Shown piece by piece: positions 50,818-61,489 of a DNA stretch of 64,000 bases. Source of the DNA: an uncultured Acidimicrobiia bacterium (lineage in GTDB: Bacteria > Actinomycetota > Acidimicrobiia > Acidimicrobiales > AC-14); assembly GCA_963836205.1 (NCBI GenBank), contig CAWIIV010000006.1, forward strand, positions 192,001-256,000, in the 5' to 3' direction. The notes beneath the pieces were generated by a model. It saw nothing but the letters and a program-made list of their open reading frames with translations, was not told the origin of the DNA and ran no database searches. The translations under genes and the position numbers were made by a program. Position 1 is the first letter of the stretch; the number at the start of each line of letters is the position of its first letter.

Positions 50818-51056
50818 CGAACTGGTGACAGATTCCGTCGCCCAGGAGCCCCGAGCCTCACCGGTTGCGGCGGCGGATCCGAACTGGTGACGGATTCGGG
50901 GGGTGGGACCCCCGGATTTGTCACCGGTTCGCCTGGGGATCCGAACTGGTGACGGATACGGGGGTAGGACCCCGGATTTTGTCACCGGTTGGCGGCGGCG
51001 GAGCCGAACGGGTGACGGATACGGGGGGTGGGACCCCCGGGATTTTGTCAGCGGTT
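50818..51056. repeat. Tandem array of four ~62-bp palindromic REP-like units
   Basis: GAAC(T/G)GGTGAC...TCA(C/G)CGGTT units starting at 50819, 50881, 50943 and 51006. Confidence 0.9.
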
Positions 51057-52490
51057 GGCGGCGGCCAGCTCGCGGAGGCGGGCGGTGACGGACTTGCCGT
51101 CGGCCTTGCCGGACGTGGCGGCCATGACCTTGCCCACGAAGAAGCCGGCCAGCCTGGCCTCGCCCTCGCGGAACCGGGCCCATTCCCCCGGGTGGTCGGC
51201 CACCACCTGGTCGACCACGCCGGCCAGGGCGTCGGACCCGAGGGCCTCGAAACCACGGGCCCGGGCGATGGCGGCCGGGTCGCCGCCGCCGGCCAGCACC
51301 TCCGCCAGCACCTGCTTGGCCTGGGTCGAGGTGAGGCGGCCGTCGCCCTCCATCACCAGGACGGCGGTGAACGAGGCCACCGGGACATCGGCCGGAGCCA
51401 CGTGGGCCGCGGCCACCTCGTTGGCCGCCCGGTTCAACGCCAGCCGGGGGTCGGCCCCACCCGCCACCGCGGCCGACACCAGCTCGTCGAGGCCCAACGC
51501 CACCACCGTGGCCACCGCCTTGTCGTCGCCGGCCACACCGGCGGCCGCGGCCAGCGACCCCCGACGGTCGGCGGGCAGTGCGGGCAGGCCCGCCCGCACC
51601 GCGTCCCGCCATTCGTCGGACGGCACCAGCGGCACCAGGTCGGGCTCGGGGAAGTAGCGGTAGTCGTAGGCCTCCTCCTTGGAGCGCATCGACGACGTGC
51701 GGCCCGCGTCCTCGTTCCAGTGGCGGGTCTCCTGCACGACCTTCTCCCCCGCCTCCAGCAGCCCGATCTGGCGCCGCACCTCGTAGTCGACGGCCCGCCC
51801 CAGGGACCGAACCGAGTTGAGGTTCTTGATCTCCGCCCGAGTACCCAACACCGAAGACCCCAAGGGCCGCACCGACACGTTGGCGTCGATGCGCAGCGAC
51901 CCCTCCTCCATGCGGGCGTCGGACGCCCCGATGGCGACGAGGATCGCCCGCAACTCGTTGACATAGGCGCGCGCCTCGTCGGCCGAGCGGATGTCGGGCT
52001 CGCTGACGATCTCCACCAGCGGCACGCCGGCCCGGTTGTAGTCGACCAGGGCGTAGTCGGCCCCGTGGATGCGCCCGCTCTCGCCCACGTGGGTGGTCTT
52101 GCCCGTGTCCTCCTCCATGTGGGCCCGGGTGACGCCGATGCGGGTGCCGTCGGGGAGGTCGAGGTGGCCGCCCACGTTGATGGGCTGGTCGTACTGGCTG
52201 ACCTGGTAGTCCTTCGGCATGTCCGGATAGAAGTAGTTCTTCCGGTGGAAGATCGACGGCCGCACCTCGCAGTGCAATGCCGTGCCCACGGCCATGGCCA
52301 GCTCCACCGACCGGCGGTTGAGCACCGGCAGCGACCCGGGCAGGCCCAGGCAGACAGGGCAGACGTTGGTGTTGGGCTCGTCGCCGAAGGCGTTGGGGCA
52401 GCCGCAGAACAGTTTGGTGGCGGTGGCCAGCTCGCAGTGGACCTCGAGTCCGATCACGGTCTCCCACGCAGTCGACACCGTTGTGGTCAT
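51048..52490 (-). CDS. gatB: Asp/Glu-tRNA amidotransferase subunit B
   Basis: [41 protein letters not shown]. Confidence 0.97.
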   Translation of the reverse strand: MTTTVSTAWETVIGLEVHCELATATKLFCGCPNAFGDEPNTNVCPVCLGLPGSLPVLNRRSVELAMAVGTALHCEVRPSIFHRKNYFYPDMPKDYQVSQYDQPINVGGHLDLPDGTRIGVTRAHMEEDTGKTTHVGESGRIHGADYALVDYNRAGVPLVEIVSEPDIRSADEARAYVNELRAILVAIGASDARMEEGSLRIDANVSVRPLGSSVLGTRAEIKNLNSVRSLGRAVDYEVRRQIGLLEAGEKVVQETRHWNEDAGRTSSMRSKEEAYDYRYFPEPDLVPLVPSDEWRDAVRAGLPALPADRRGSLAAAAGVAGDDKAVATVVALGLDELVSAAVAGGADPRLALNRAANEVAAAHVAPADVPVASFTAVLVMEGDGRLTSTQAKQVLAEVLAGGGDPAAIARARGFEALGSDALAGVVDQVVADHPGEWARFREGEARLAGFFVGKVMAATSGKADGKSVTARLRELAAANR

Positions 52491-53905
52491 CGGGGGGCGC
52501 TCCGTTCGAGGGCGGCCGCGGCCCGGAACAGGACGGGCTCGCCGAGCGCGGGGCCGAGCAGTTGGATGCCGACGGGCAGCCCGTCGTCACCCGTGCCGAA
52601 GGGGACCGAGACGGCGGGGTGGCCGGCCAGGTTGGACGGGATGGTGCAGACGTCCGACAGGTACATGGCCAGCGGGTTCTCGCTCTTGGCCCCGACGGGG
52701 AAGGCGGTGGTCGGCGACGTCGCCGTCAGGAGGAGGTCGAACTGGGCGTAGGCGGCCTCGAGGTCGCGGATCAGCAGGGTCCGGACCCGTTGCGCCTGCC
52801 CGTAGTAGGCGTCGTAGTAGCCGGCGGACAGCGCGTAGGTGCCGAGCATGATGCGGCGCTTGACCTCGGGACCGAAGCCGGCGGCCCGGGTGGCCCCGTA
52901 CATGGCGGTCACGTCCTCCGCGTCAACCCGCAGCCCGTAGCGCACCCCGTCGTAGCGGGCCAGGTTGCTCGACGCCTCGGCGGTGGCGATGAGGTAATAG
53001 GCCGACAGGCCGAGCGTGACGGAGGGCACCGACACCTCGTCGACCTTGGCTCCCTCGGCGGCCAGGGCGGCGGCCGCTTCGGTCAGGCGGGCGCCCACGT
53101 CGGGGTCGAGCCCGTCGATGAGCTCCCGCACGACGCCCACCCGCAGCCCCTCCACGCCGTCGCCCAGCACGCCGCTCACCCGGGGCGCCGGCCCCGCGAT
53201 GGAGGTGGAGTCGAGGGGGTCGTGGCCGCCGATGACCTCGAGCAGGGCGGCGGCATCGCCCACCGTCGCCGCCAGCGGGCCGATCTGGTCGAGCGAGGAG
53301 GCGAAGGCCACCAGCCCGTACCGGGACACCGCGCCATAGGTGGGCTTCATCCCCACCACCCCGCACAGGGCCGCCGGCTGGCGGATCGACCCGCCGGTGT
53401 CGGAGCCCAGGGCGAGAGGGGCGAAGCCGGCCGCCACCGCCGCCGCGCTCCCCCCGCTCGACCCCCCCGGCACCCGGGTCGGATCGTGGGGGTTGCGGGT
53501 GGGACCGAAGGCCGAGTTCTCGGTGGACGAGCCCATGGCGAACTCGTCCATGTTCGTCTTGCCGATGACGATGGCGCCCGCCTCCCGCAGCCTGGTGACG
53601 ACGGTGGCGTCGTACGGCGGCTTCCACCCCTGGAGGATGCGGGACGAGCAGGTGGTGGGGATGCCCCGGGTGGCCAGGTTGTCCTTGAGGGCGACCGGCA
53701 CCCCCGCCAGGGGACCGGGGTCCTCGCCCGCCGCCACCTGCCGGTCGATCCGGTTGGCCGCGCCCAGGGCGTCGGCGTGCAGGACCCGGTTGAAGGCGTG
53801 CAGCTCCGGTTCGCGGGCCGCGATCGCCTCCAGGTGAGCCTCGACCACGCTGCGGGCCGAGCGCCGTCCGGCCCGGACGTCGGCCGCGATCTCCACCGCG
53901 GTCAC
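52487..53905 (-). CDS. gatA: Asp/Glu-tRNA amidotransferase subunit A
   Basis: [42 protein letters not shown]. Confidence 0.97.
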   Translation of the reverse strand: MTAVEIAADVRAGRRSARSVVEAHLEAIAAREPELHAFNRVLHADALGAANRIDRQVAAGEDPGPLAGVPVALKDNLATRGIPTTCSSRILQGWKPPYDATVVTRLREAGAIVIGKTNMDEFAMGSSTENSAFGPTRNPHDPTRVPGGSSGGSAAAVAAGFAPLALGSDTGGSIRQPAALCGVVGMKPTYGAVSRYGLVAFASSLDQIGPLAATVGDAAALLEVIGGHDPLDSTSIAGPAPRVSGVLGDGVEGLRVGVVRELIDGLDPDVGARLTEAAAALAAEGAKVDEVSVPSVTLGLSAYYLIATAEASSNLARYDGVRYGLRVDAEDVTAMYGATRAAGFGPEVKRRIMLGTYALSAGYYDAYYGQAQRVRTLLIRDLEAAYAQFDLLLTATSPTTAFPVGAKSENPLAMYLSDVCTIPSNLAGHPAVSVPFGTGDDGLPVGIQLLGPALGEPVLFRAAAALERSAPR

Positions 53906-54207
53906 GGCGCTTCACCCAAGATGCGGGGCACCTTGAACCGGCCCGCTTCCGCCGCCGGCGCCGCCGCCAGCACCTCGTCGCGGTCGAGGCAGGGCCGGAT
54001 CACGTCGTCGCGCAGGACGTTCACCAATGGCAGGGGGTGGGCGGTCGGGGGCACGCCCGCGGTGTCGAGGGCGGCGACGTCGGCTGCGTGGTCGAGGACG
54101 GCCGCCAGCTGGCCGGTGAACTCGTCGATCTCGGCGTCGGTGAGGGTCAGGCGGGCCAAGACGGCAACGTGCACGACGTCGTCCCGGGAGAGGGTGGGCT
54201 TGTCCAC
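53902..54207 (-). CDS. gatC: Asp/Glu-tRNA amidotransferase subunit C
   Basis: VHVAVLARL...FKVPRIL; operon with gatAB. Confidence 0.95.
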   Translation of the reverse strand: MDKPTLSRDDVVHVAVLARLTLTDAEIDEFTGQLAAVLDHAADVAALDTAGVPPTAHPLPLVNVLRDDVIRPCLDRDEVLAAAPAAEAGRFKVPRILGEAP

Positions 54208-54269
54208 CGACCCATCGTAGGACCGGGCCCCGCGGCGACTTCCGCGCGTTCCCGGCCGACAATGGCGGA

Positions 54270-55656
54270 GTGCGCGTCCGGCGGGGTCCTCTGCTCCTGG
54301 CCGCGGGCCTGGTCGCGGTCGTGATCGGCCAGGCGATCGTCCTCACCGTCCGGCTGGCCGACGACGGCCGATCCCGTTGGGAGGCGATCGCGGCCGGCCC
54401 CGGCCCGGTCGTGTCCGACATCCTGCTGACCGAGGGCCGAGTGCAGCGGGCAGTCCTCCCGGACGACCGTGACCGGCAGCGGACGCACTCCCTCTACGGC
54501 GACGCCGGCCTCGACGACCCGCTCACCGGCCCGACGCTGGCCGTGGGGACCGTGATCGACGACGCCTACGACGTCGTCCCGACCGCCGAGTCACCCGGGT
54601 TCCGAACGGTCGATCTCGACGGCCGCCGGTTCGCAGTCGGCCACGACCGGGACTGGACCTGGGTCACCTGGCGCCTGGGCTGCTTCGAGGAGTGCTTCGG
54701 CTACGTCGCCGGCCGCAACCTGCCGGAGGCCGACGTGGTGGCCGCCGCCCGCGGCGCCCAGGGCGTCACCGTCGAAGAGCCTGCGCCCACGCTCGCCACC
54801 GAGGCCCTGCTGCCGGGAATGAGTCTGCTGGTCACGGGCGGGCTCGACCTGCGGGGATTCCAACTGGACGGCGCCCAGGAGGTGACCTGGGAGACCGGGG
54901 ACGGCGGGGAGGCGTCACTCACGGTCGTCGACGACGATCGGCTCGCCCTTCTGCTCCGATTCTGGGTCGACGGCCGGCCGACGTCGGTCCGGGGACAGGC
55001 GGGATCGTCCGGCGCCACCGCCGACGTCGGCGTCGACGAGCCCTCCGCCGGTCGGGCCTGGGCGGAGGGCGGCCGGGCCTTCCTGGTGCTCGGGCGGGAC
55101 CTGCCGGACCGGGCGATCGACCGCTTCGTCGACGGGCTGCGGGCGGCCCGGCCGGGCGAGTGGGACGACCTCCGGAGCCGGGTTCTCGACGTCTCCGGCG
55201 CGACAGCCGTCGAGGATTGCCACTACCCGGACGATCCCCGGGCGCCGGTGGGACGTCAGGCCGGGCCCTACCGCTGGGCGGTGGGCTTCGCCGTCGGCCG
55301 GTTCGATCAGTTCGACTTCTGCTTCGTCGTCGTCTCCCCCGACCATCGGCTGGTCGGCGGCGCCAGTCCACCTCTGCCGGTGCCGGGCCGGCTGGCGGTG
55401 GGCGGGTACGGGCTCGGCGGAATCCGCCGAACCGGTCGGCCTGTTCGTGGCGGGTGTGGCGCCGCCCGGGACGGCGCGGGTGACGGTCGAGGTGGCCGGC
55501 CATCCCACCGTCGACGCCGAACTGGCGGACGAGGGGCCGGCGGCGGACGAGCGCTACTTCGCCACCTTCTTGGAGGGGGACCCGAGGGCCGACCCGACCG
55601 TCACCGCCGTCGACGGCTCCGGCGCAGTCCTCGACCGCCGAACGATCATGGCGTAG
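54270..55656 (+). CDS. Hypothetical exported protein (frameshift near 55425)
   Basis: N-terminal TM. The protein-like sequence continues in another frame (GLFVAGVAPPGTARVTVE...) to 55656. Confidence 0.6.
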
Positions 55657-55665
55657 CAGGGTCGG

Positions 55666-56376
55666 TCAGCCGCCGCCCCCGCACACCCGCAGCGCGAACT
55701 CGACGACCGCCGCCTCCAGCGTGTCCCGCTCGACGTCGAGGGTGGCCAGGTGGAAGCTCCGCTCCAGGAGCAGCCGCTCGACCGGGCCGGCCACGCCCGC
55801 GGCCAGCAGGTCGCTCGACACCGGCGGCACCACGTGGTCGTGGCCGCTGGTGACGATCAGGGTGGGACACGTCACCCGGGCCAGCCGGTCGACCAACTCG
55901 TCCTGGGCCTCGAACAGGGAGAGCATGGGCTCGATCGGCCACTGGGGGTAGGCGACCTCCCGGGCGTCGGGCTCCGACACGTCGTTGGCCGGGCCCGGCA
56001 CGCACGTGTGGCCGGCGGCCAGGAACGCCCGCAGCAGCTCCCGGAACGACTCGGCCGGCGGGTCGACGATGGGGTTGACGCAGGCCAGCCCGGCCACGTC
56101 CGGACGGTTCGTCGCCAGCCAGGTGGCCAGCGTGCCGCCCATCGACAGGCCGGCGACCACCGACCGCTCGTGGCGGGCGGCGAGCTTGTCCCACGCCTCC
56201 TCGACCGCGTCCACCCACTCCCCCCAGCGCCGGGGGACGAGGTCGTCGACCGTGGTTCCGTGGCCGGGCAGCAGGGGGGCCTCTACGTCGAAGCCGGCCG
56301 CGGACAACACCCCCGCCACCCCCTCCAGGCTCTGGGGCGTGCTGGTGTAGCCATGGATGACGAGGGCGCCCGGCAT
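55666..56376 (-). CDS. Carboxylesterase (alpha/beta hydrolase)
   Basis: HGYT, LLPGHG, GLSMGG, DHVV, SFHL. Confidence 0.9.
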   Translation of the reverse strand: MPGALVIHGYTSTPQSLEGVAGVLSAAGFDVEAPLLPGHGTTVDDLVPRRWGEWVDAVEEAWDKLAARHERSVVAGLSMGGTLATWLATNRPDVAGLACVNPIVDPPAESFRELLRAFLAAGHTCVPGPANDVSEPDAREVAYPQWPIEPMLSLFEAQDELVDRLARVTCPTLIVTSGHDHVVPPVSSDLLAAGVAGPVERLLLERSFHLATLDVERDTLEAAVVEFALRVCGGGG

Positions 56377-56415
56377 GTGCCGGCCAGGGTATTGGGCACG
56401 GCTACGGTGCATCGG

Positions 56416-56832
56416 ATGGACCGTTTCCCCTTCCTTTCCGACGAGTGGGTCGCGGCGGCCCGCCAGATCCGGGAGGAGTACGGCGAGCTCGACGACGGCA
56501 TCCCCGACAACATCCGCATGAACCAGGTGATCACCGAGGTGCCGTTCGGGACGGGGACGGTCAAGGCCCATCTCGACACCACGTCCGGCTCCCTCGAGAT
56601 GGACATCGGCCACCTCGAGCGGGCCGACGTCACCGTCACCCTCGACTACGCCACGGCCAAGTCGGTCTTCGTCGACGGCACCGTGGGCGCGGCCATGACC
56701 GCCTTCATGGCCGGCAAGGTCCGGGTCCAGGGCGAGATGGCCAAGCTCCTGGCCGCCCTCCAGCAGCTGACCCCGGCCGACGAGTCCTCGGCCACCGCCG
56801 TCCAGCAGCGCATCCGGGAGATCACCGCCTGA
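56416..56832 (+). CDS. SCP2 sterol-binding domain protein
   Basis: FLSDEW, ADVTVTLDY, AFMAGKVRVQG. Confidence 0.85.
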   Translation: MDRFPFLSDEWVAAARQIREEYGELDDGIPDNIRMNQVITEVPFGTGTVKAHLDTTSGSLEMDIGHLERADVTVTLDYATAKSVFVDGTVGAAMTAFMAGKVRVQGEMAKLLAALQQLTPADESSATAVQQRIREITA

Positions 56833-56858
56833 GTCGCCGCCCCCGGCTCGGCGGCGGG

Positions 56859-58973
56859 TCAGAGCAGGTAGATGGTGACCGACGAGCCGGGCGCGACCTT
56901 GGTGCCCTCGCCGGGGAGGGTGAGGAAGACGTCGCCGCCGGACGGGCCGAACTTGCCGCCGACCTCGAGCCCGACGGCGGACAGGGCGGAGGCGGCCTCG
57001 TCTGCGGAGAGGCCGTTGAGCTCGGGCACCGCCGGCCGGCCCTTGGAGATGGTCACGGTGACGGTGCTGCCCCGTGTGATCCTCTCGCCGGCACCGGGGG
57101 CGGCGGCGACCACCTTGCCTGCGGCCCCGTCGTCGTCGGTGTAGGTGTCGACCCGCTCCGCCTCCAGACCGACCGCGTCGAGGGCGGCGACGGCCTCGTC
57201 GTAGGTCTTGCCGGCCAGGTTGGGCACCTCGCGGAGGGCGGGGCCGGAGGAGACGACGATGTCGACGGTGGCGCCCTTGGGGGGGGTCTCGCCCTTCCGC
57301 GTCCAGTCGAGGACACCGCCCACGGGCACCGTCTCGTCGTTGCGGGCCGTGACTGCGCCAACCACGTGGCCCACCGCTTCGATGGCCTGGCGGGCGCCGG
57401 CCTCGTCGAGTGGGCCGAGGTCGGGCACGGCAGTCGGAGGCGGCCCCTTGGAGACGACGAGGGTGACCTGCTTGCCCTCCTTGAGGGTGGCGCTGCCGCC
57501 GCCGGGCGGGTCCTGCTCCTTGACCTCGCCCGGCGTCGAGCCGTCGAAGAACTCCTGGCGGATCTGGACGTCGAACTTGAGGTTGCGCAGGGCGGTGGCC
57601 GCCTCCAGCTCGGGCTGGCCCACGACGTCGGGCAGGGGATGGCTGGGTGCCTGGTTGCTCACCAGCAGGTACGACCCGGCACCGACGCCGCCGGCGAGGA
57701 TCAGGAAGAGGAGGACGAGGTACGGCCACCTCCGCCGGCGCCGGCGTCCGGCCTTGGAGAGCTCGGGTGGCACGTAGGGCGCGGCCGCGGGCTCGGGCTT
57801 GCGGGAAACGGCGGTGGGCGCCGCCTGGCGGACGGTGGCGTCGGTGGTGGCGGCGGCCGCCGATCGGGCCGTGGCCGGGGGGACGGTTGGGGTGGCACCG
57901 GTGGACTCGGGTCCGGGGGTGGCGACGAAGCTGGTGGCGTCGAGGTCGTCGTGGGCGCCGAGCGATGGCACCGGCGATGGCGACGGGGCCGGCGGGACAG
58001 TTCGGGCCGCCGTGGGCACGGGCGGGTCGGGCACGGCTTGGGTCGGCGCCGGTGGGCGGGCCGTCTCTCCCGGGCGGTGGCCGACGTCGGTGGGGTCGGC
58101 GATGGGGCCCAGCTCGTCGACGGTGGCCGCGCCGGCCAGCGGCAGGGGCTCGGGGGCGGGCAGGGTGAGGGCGACAGACTGGAGGGCGCTGGCCAGCCCG
58201 GCCGCGTCGAGGCGCTCGGCGGGGTCGGGGCGACCGGCCCGGGCGACGACCGCGGCCAGCGGTCCGAGCTCGGGGGGAGGCTCGATGGGGCGGTCGAGGC
58301 GGCCCATGAGGGTGGCGACGGTGGTGTCGGCCGCGAACGGCACCCGGCCGGTGACCGCCTCCACCAGCACCAGGGCCAGCGAGTAGACGTCGGCCCGGCC
58401 GTCGATGGGCGCCCCGCTCACCTGCTCGGGCGACGCGTAGCGGGCGGTGCCGAGGACGGCGCCGATGGGCTCTGTCCACGCTGCCTCGGCGAGGGCCCGG
58501 GCCAGCCCGAAGTCGCCGATGCGCAACCGGCCCTCGAGGTCGAAGAGGAGGTTGGCGGGCTTGATGTCGCGATGGACGAGCCCCCGCCGGTGGGCGTAGT
58601 CGAGGCCCCGGGCCGCCTCCAGGCCGACGAGGAGGGCCTGGGAGGGGCTCAGCCGCCGGCCCCGGTCGAGCACCGACCGCAGGCTGCCCCCGCCCAGGTA
58701 CTCGCAGACGAGGTAGGGACCCTCCTCCTCCTCGCCCCAGTCGTAGACGGCCATGACGTTGGGGTGGTTGAGGGCGGCCGCGGCCCGGGCCTCGGCGCGG
58801 AAGCGCTTGAGGAAGGCTTCGTCGTCGGCCAGGGCCGGGTGCAGCATCTTGACCGCCACCCGGCGGCGCAGGCGCACGTCGTCGGCCACGAACACATGCC
58901 CGGAACCACCGCTTCCGACCGGGGCCAACAGCCGGTAGCGGTCGCCGAGGACGCGACCGATGTGGTCGGCCAT
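56859..58973 (-). CDS. Ser/Thr protein kinase with TM and PASTA domains (PknB/PknL-like)
   Basis: VAVKML, HRDIKPAN, DFG, GTARYASPE, TM, PASTA repeats. Confidence 0.93.
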   Translation of the reverse strand: MADHIGRVLGDRYRLLAPVGSGGSGHVFVADDVRLRRRVAVKMLHPALADDEAFLKRFRAEARAAAALNHPNVMAVYDWGEEEEGPYLVCEYLGGGSLRSVLDRGRRLSPSQALLVGLEAARGLDYAHRRGLVHRDIKPANLLFDLEGRLRIGDFGLARALAEAAWTEPIGAVLGTARYASPEQVSGAPIDGRADVYSLALVLVEAVTGRVPFAADTTVATLMGRLDRPIEPPPELGPLAAVVARAGRPDPAERLDAAGLASALQSVALTLPAPEPLPLAGAATVDELGPIADPTDVGHRPGETARPPAPTQAVPDPPVPTAARTVPPAPSPSPVPSLGAHDDLDATSFVATPGPESTGATPTVPPATARSAAAATTDATVRQAAPTAVSRKPEPAAAPYVPPELSKAGRRRRRRWPYLVLLFLILAGGVGAGSYLLVSNQAPSHPLPDVVGQPELEAATALRNLKFDVQIRQEFFDGSTPGEVKEQDPPGGGSATLKEGKQVTLVVSKGPPPTAVPDLGPLDEAGARQAIEAVGHVVGAVTARNDETVPVGGVLDWTRKGETPPKGATVDIVVSSGPALREVPNLAGKTYDEAVAALDAVGLEAERVDTYTDDDGAAGKVVAAAPGAGERITRGSTVTVTISKGRPAVPELNGLSADEAASALSAVGLEVGGKFGPSGGDVFLTLPGEGTKVAPGSSVTIYLL

Positions 58974-59105
58974 CCGCGTCGAACCCACGTGCCCAAGGCT
59001 ACCGTGCCGGACCCTGCCCACCGAGGCATGCTCCCCCTGTGAGAATGACGCCACCGTGAAATCCGTCACCCGAACCACTCCCCGCCAACTCCCCGTGATC
59101 GCCCC

Positions 59106-59504
59106 GTGAAGCGCCGGATCGTCATGACCCTCATCGCCGGCGTGGCGGTGGCCGGGTTCATCTTCGCCTTCTCCGGGCCCAAGCAGGAGACCGTGGGGAG
59201 GCTGCCCCCGGCGGTCGAGCGGGTCTCGCCGCCCGGTGGCGACCTCGACCTGCGCCAGACCACCATCTCGGCCGACCTCGCCCCGAGCTACACCGGCTAC
59301 CTGCTCCTCGACGGCGTCGAGGTCCCCCGCGACGACCTCCAGTTCGTGGCTGCCCTCAACAGCATCACCCTGATGCCCCAGCCCGGGAGCGACTTCGAGG
59401 CGCTCCAGCCCGGTCCCCACTGCGCCACCGTCGTCTACAACGTGATCGGCCAGCCGGAAACGCCGGGGGCGGGCCGGTTCCAGTGGTGCTTCCGGCTGCA
59501 CTGA
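59106..59504 (+). CDS. Hypothetical exported protein
   Basis: N-terminal TM and a coherent beta-rich ORF. Confidence 0.7.
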   Translation: MKRRIVMTLIAGVAVAGFIFAFSGPKQETVGRLPPAVERVSPPGGDLDLRQTTISADLAPSYTGYLLLDGVEVPRDDLQFVAALNSITLMPQPGSDFEALQPGPHCATVVYNVIGQPETPGAGRFQWCFRLH

Positions 59505-59511
59505 GCGGACG

Positions 59512-60027
59512 GTGACCCCGCCGGCGCCGGAACCGCCGGAACCGCCGGGGCCGTCGGAGCCGCCCGACTGCCTGTTCTGCGCCATCATCGCCGGGCAGTC
59601 GCCGGCGGTGGTCGTCCTCGACGACGATCACGCCCTGGCCTTCCTCGACGTACGGCCGGTGTTCCCGGGCCACGTGCTTCTCGTACCCCGGACCCATCAC
59701 GAGACCCTCGCCGACCTTCCGCCGCACGACGTGGGCGCCCTCTTCCTCACCGCCCAACGGCTGGCCCGGGCGGTCGAGGACGGCCTGGGCGCCGACGGCA
59801 CGTTCGTGGCCATCAACAACAAGGTCAGCCAGAGCGTCCCCCACATGCACGTCCACGTGGTGCCCCGCCGGCGCAAGGACGGCCTGCGGGGCTTCTTCTG
59901 GCCCCGCACCCGCTACGCCGACGACGCCGACATGGAGCAGACGGCCGCCCGCATCCGGACCGCCCTCCCGCCGACGCCGAACCGGGCCGGTGACGGGCCT
60001 GGCTCCATCACCGGCGGCCCGACCTAG
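59512..60027 (+). CDS. HIT-family protein
   Basis: CLFC, AFLDVRPVFPGH, HMHVH. Confidence 0.9.
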   Translation: MTPPAPEPPEPPGPSEPPDCLFCAIIAGQSPAVVVLDDDHALAFLDVRPVFPGHVLLVPRTHHETLADLPPHDVGALFLTAQRLARAVEDGLGADGTFVAINNKVSQSVPHMHVHVVPRRRKDGLRGFFWPRTRYADDADMEQTAARIRTALPPTPNRAGDGPGSITGGPT

Positions 60028-61334
60028 GACTGCACGTCCACACCGTCGATGTAGAACGGGCCGTTGAACGGAACCCCGGCGGGCACGTGGAAGTGCAGGC
60101 CGAGCTCGATCCATGACCCGGCCGTGCCGCGGGTGTCCCAGGAGATCGTCTGCCACCGTCCGGGGGCAAGCTCGACATAGTCGCTCTCGGAGGAGCGGTA
60201 GCCGGGGTCGAACCGGATCAGCTTGACCGTCGTGCACGCCGACGGGCCGCAGGTGGCGGCGCCGTCGGGCACCCAGACGCGCGCCGTGACGAGCGAGGGG
60301 CCCAGACTGAGGCGCACCGCGACGTAGGAGTCACCCCCGGCGGTGCTGGTCGGCGAGAAGGCCAGGCTCGCGGCCCCGTCCCAGGCCTGGTCTGCGCTGA
60401 CCGACACCGCCTGGCCGCACACCTGGACCGAACCCCCGGGATGTTCTCCCCAGCAGCCGTTGCCCGCCTCGAAACCCTCGCGCAGGACGATGCTCGGGTC
60501 GTCGACCGGCAGGACAGGCACCGAGGTGTCCGCGGCCTGGTCGGCCGCAGGGGGTGACGGCGGCACGGGCTCGAGGTTGGCGTCGGGTTGGGCTGCGGCC
60601 GCCGGCAGAGGCGCTTGGCGACCCGGCTCGGCTGTCGTCGATACGGCTATCGGAGCGACCACCGACGTCGGCGCGGTCGAGACCGGCACCGTGGTCGGCG
60701 CCTCCGACACGAGCCTGTCGTCGTCGCGGCCAGGAGCACGGCTGATGTCCCGGGCGACGACGACGACGATCAGGGCCACGATCACCCCGGGCACCCAGAC
60801 CAACCACCGATGCCCCGTCCCCCGCTCCCGGCCCGCGGGGGTGGGCACGAGCGGATGGTGGTCGCCGGTGCTTGCGCCGGCCGCCAGCTCCGTGGTCACC
60901 TCGGAGCCGCCGGCGCCCGACCCGGATTGGGATTCGGACGACCGAGGCGATTCGAGGTCGGGTACGAGTGCCGATGGCGCGGCCGCGTCGAGCCGATCGC
61001 TCTCGGCCGGGCCCGCCTCGTCGCCCTCGGGCGGTAAGACGACCGGCATCGCCGACCCGACGGCTGCGCCGGCGTCCCGGCTCTCCCTGGCCGCGAGCAC
61101 GTCGCCCCGCAACTGCACCAAGGGAGGCTCGCCGTCGCGGGGCAGCACGACCGCGTCGAACCTCTGGCAGAACCGGAGCGAAGGATTGTCCTGGCCGGTC
61201 TCGACGCCGGAGATGTAGGCCTCGGAGAACCCGATCGCGGCATGCAGGTCGCGCTGCGAGTAACCCTCCCGGTGCCGTCGATCCCTTATCGCGGTACGCA
61301 CGACCGACCACTCGTCGACGCGAGGTCCCTCCAT
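60024..61334 (-). CDS. XRE-HTH / TM / extracytoplasmic CBM-like protein
   Basis: GYSQRDLHAAIGFSEAYISGVETG HTH; TM WVPGVIVALIVVVVA; C-terminal EGFE..W..FYIDGV jelly-roll-like domain. Confidence 0.75.
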   Translation of the reverse strand: MEGPRVDEWSVVRTAIRDRRHREGYSQRDLHAAIGFSEAYISGVETGQDNPSLRFCQRFDAVVLPRDGEPPLVQLRGDVLAARESRDAGAAVGSAMPVVLPPEGDEAGPAESDRLDAAAPSALVPDLESPRSSESQSGSGAGGSEVTTELAAGASTGDHHPLVPTPAGRERGTGHRWLVWVPGVIVALIVVVVARDISRAPGRDDDRLVSEAPTTVPVSTAPTSVVAPIAVSTTAEPGRQAPLPAAAAQPDANLEPVPPSPPAADQAADTSVPVLPVDDPSIVLREGFEAGNGCWGEHPGGSVQVCGQAVSVSADQAWDGAASLAFSPTSTAGGDSYVAVRLSLGPSLVTARVWVPDGAATCGPSACTTVKLIRFDPGYRSSESDYVELAPGRWQTISWDTRGTAGSWIELGLHFHVPAGVPFNGPFYIDGVDVQS

Positions 61335-61489
61335 CAGGCGGGCCTGATCGGAGCCGGATCGCCCTGGCCCGGGCAGAAGCCAGGTTTGGGGGTTTGGACG
61401 GCTGGCCCAAGGTTGTCCCAAGCCCTCACCCTCGGCATCACGTTGTCCTGGTCGACGACCGGGACCGGGCCCCCCGAGGAGGATGCACC

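Noticed and set aside
50818-51056. CRISPR array
   Set aside because: Linkers between units are only about 7-9 nt, interiors are mostly repeated rather than unique spacers, and there are no cas genes.
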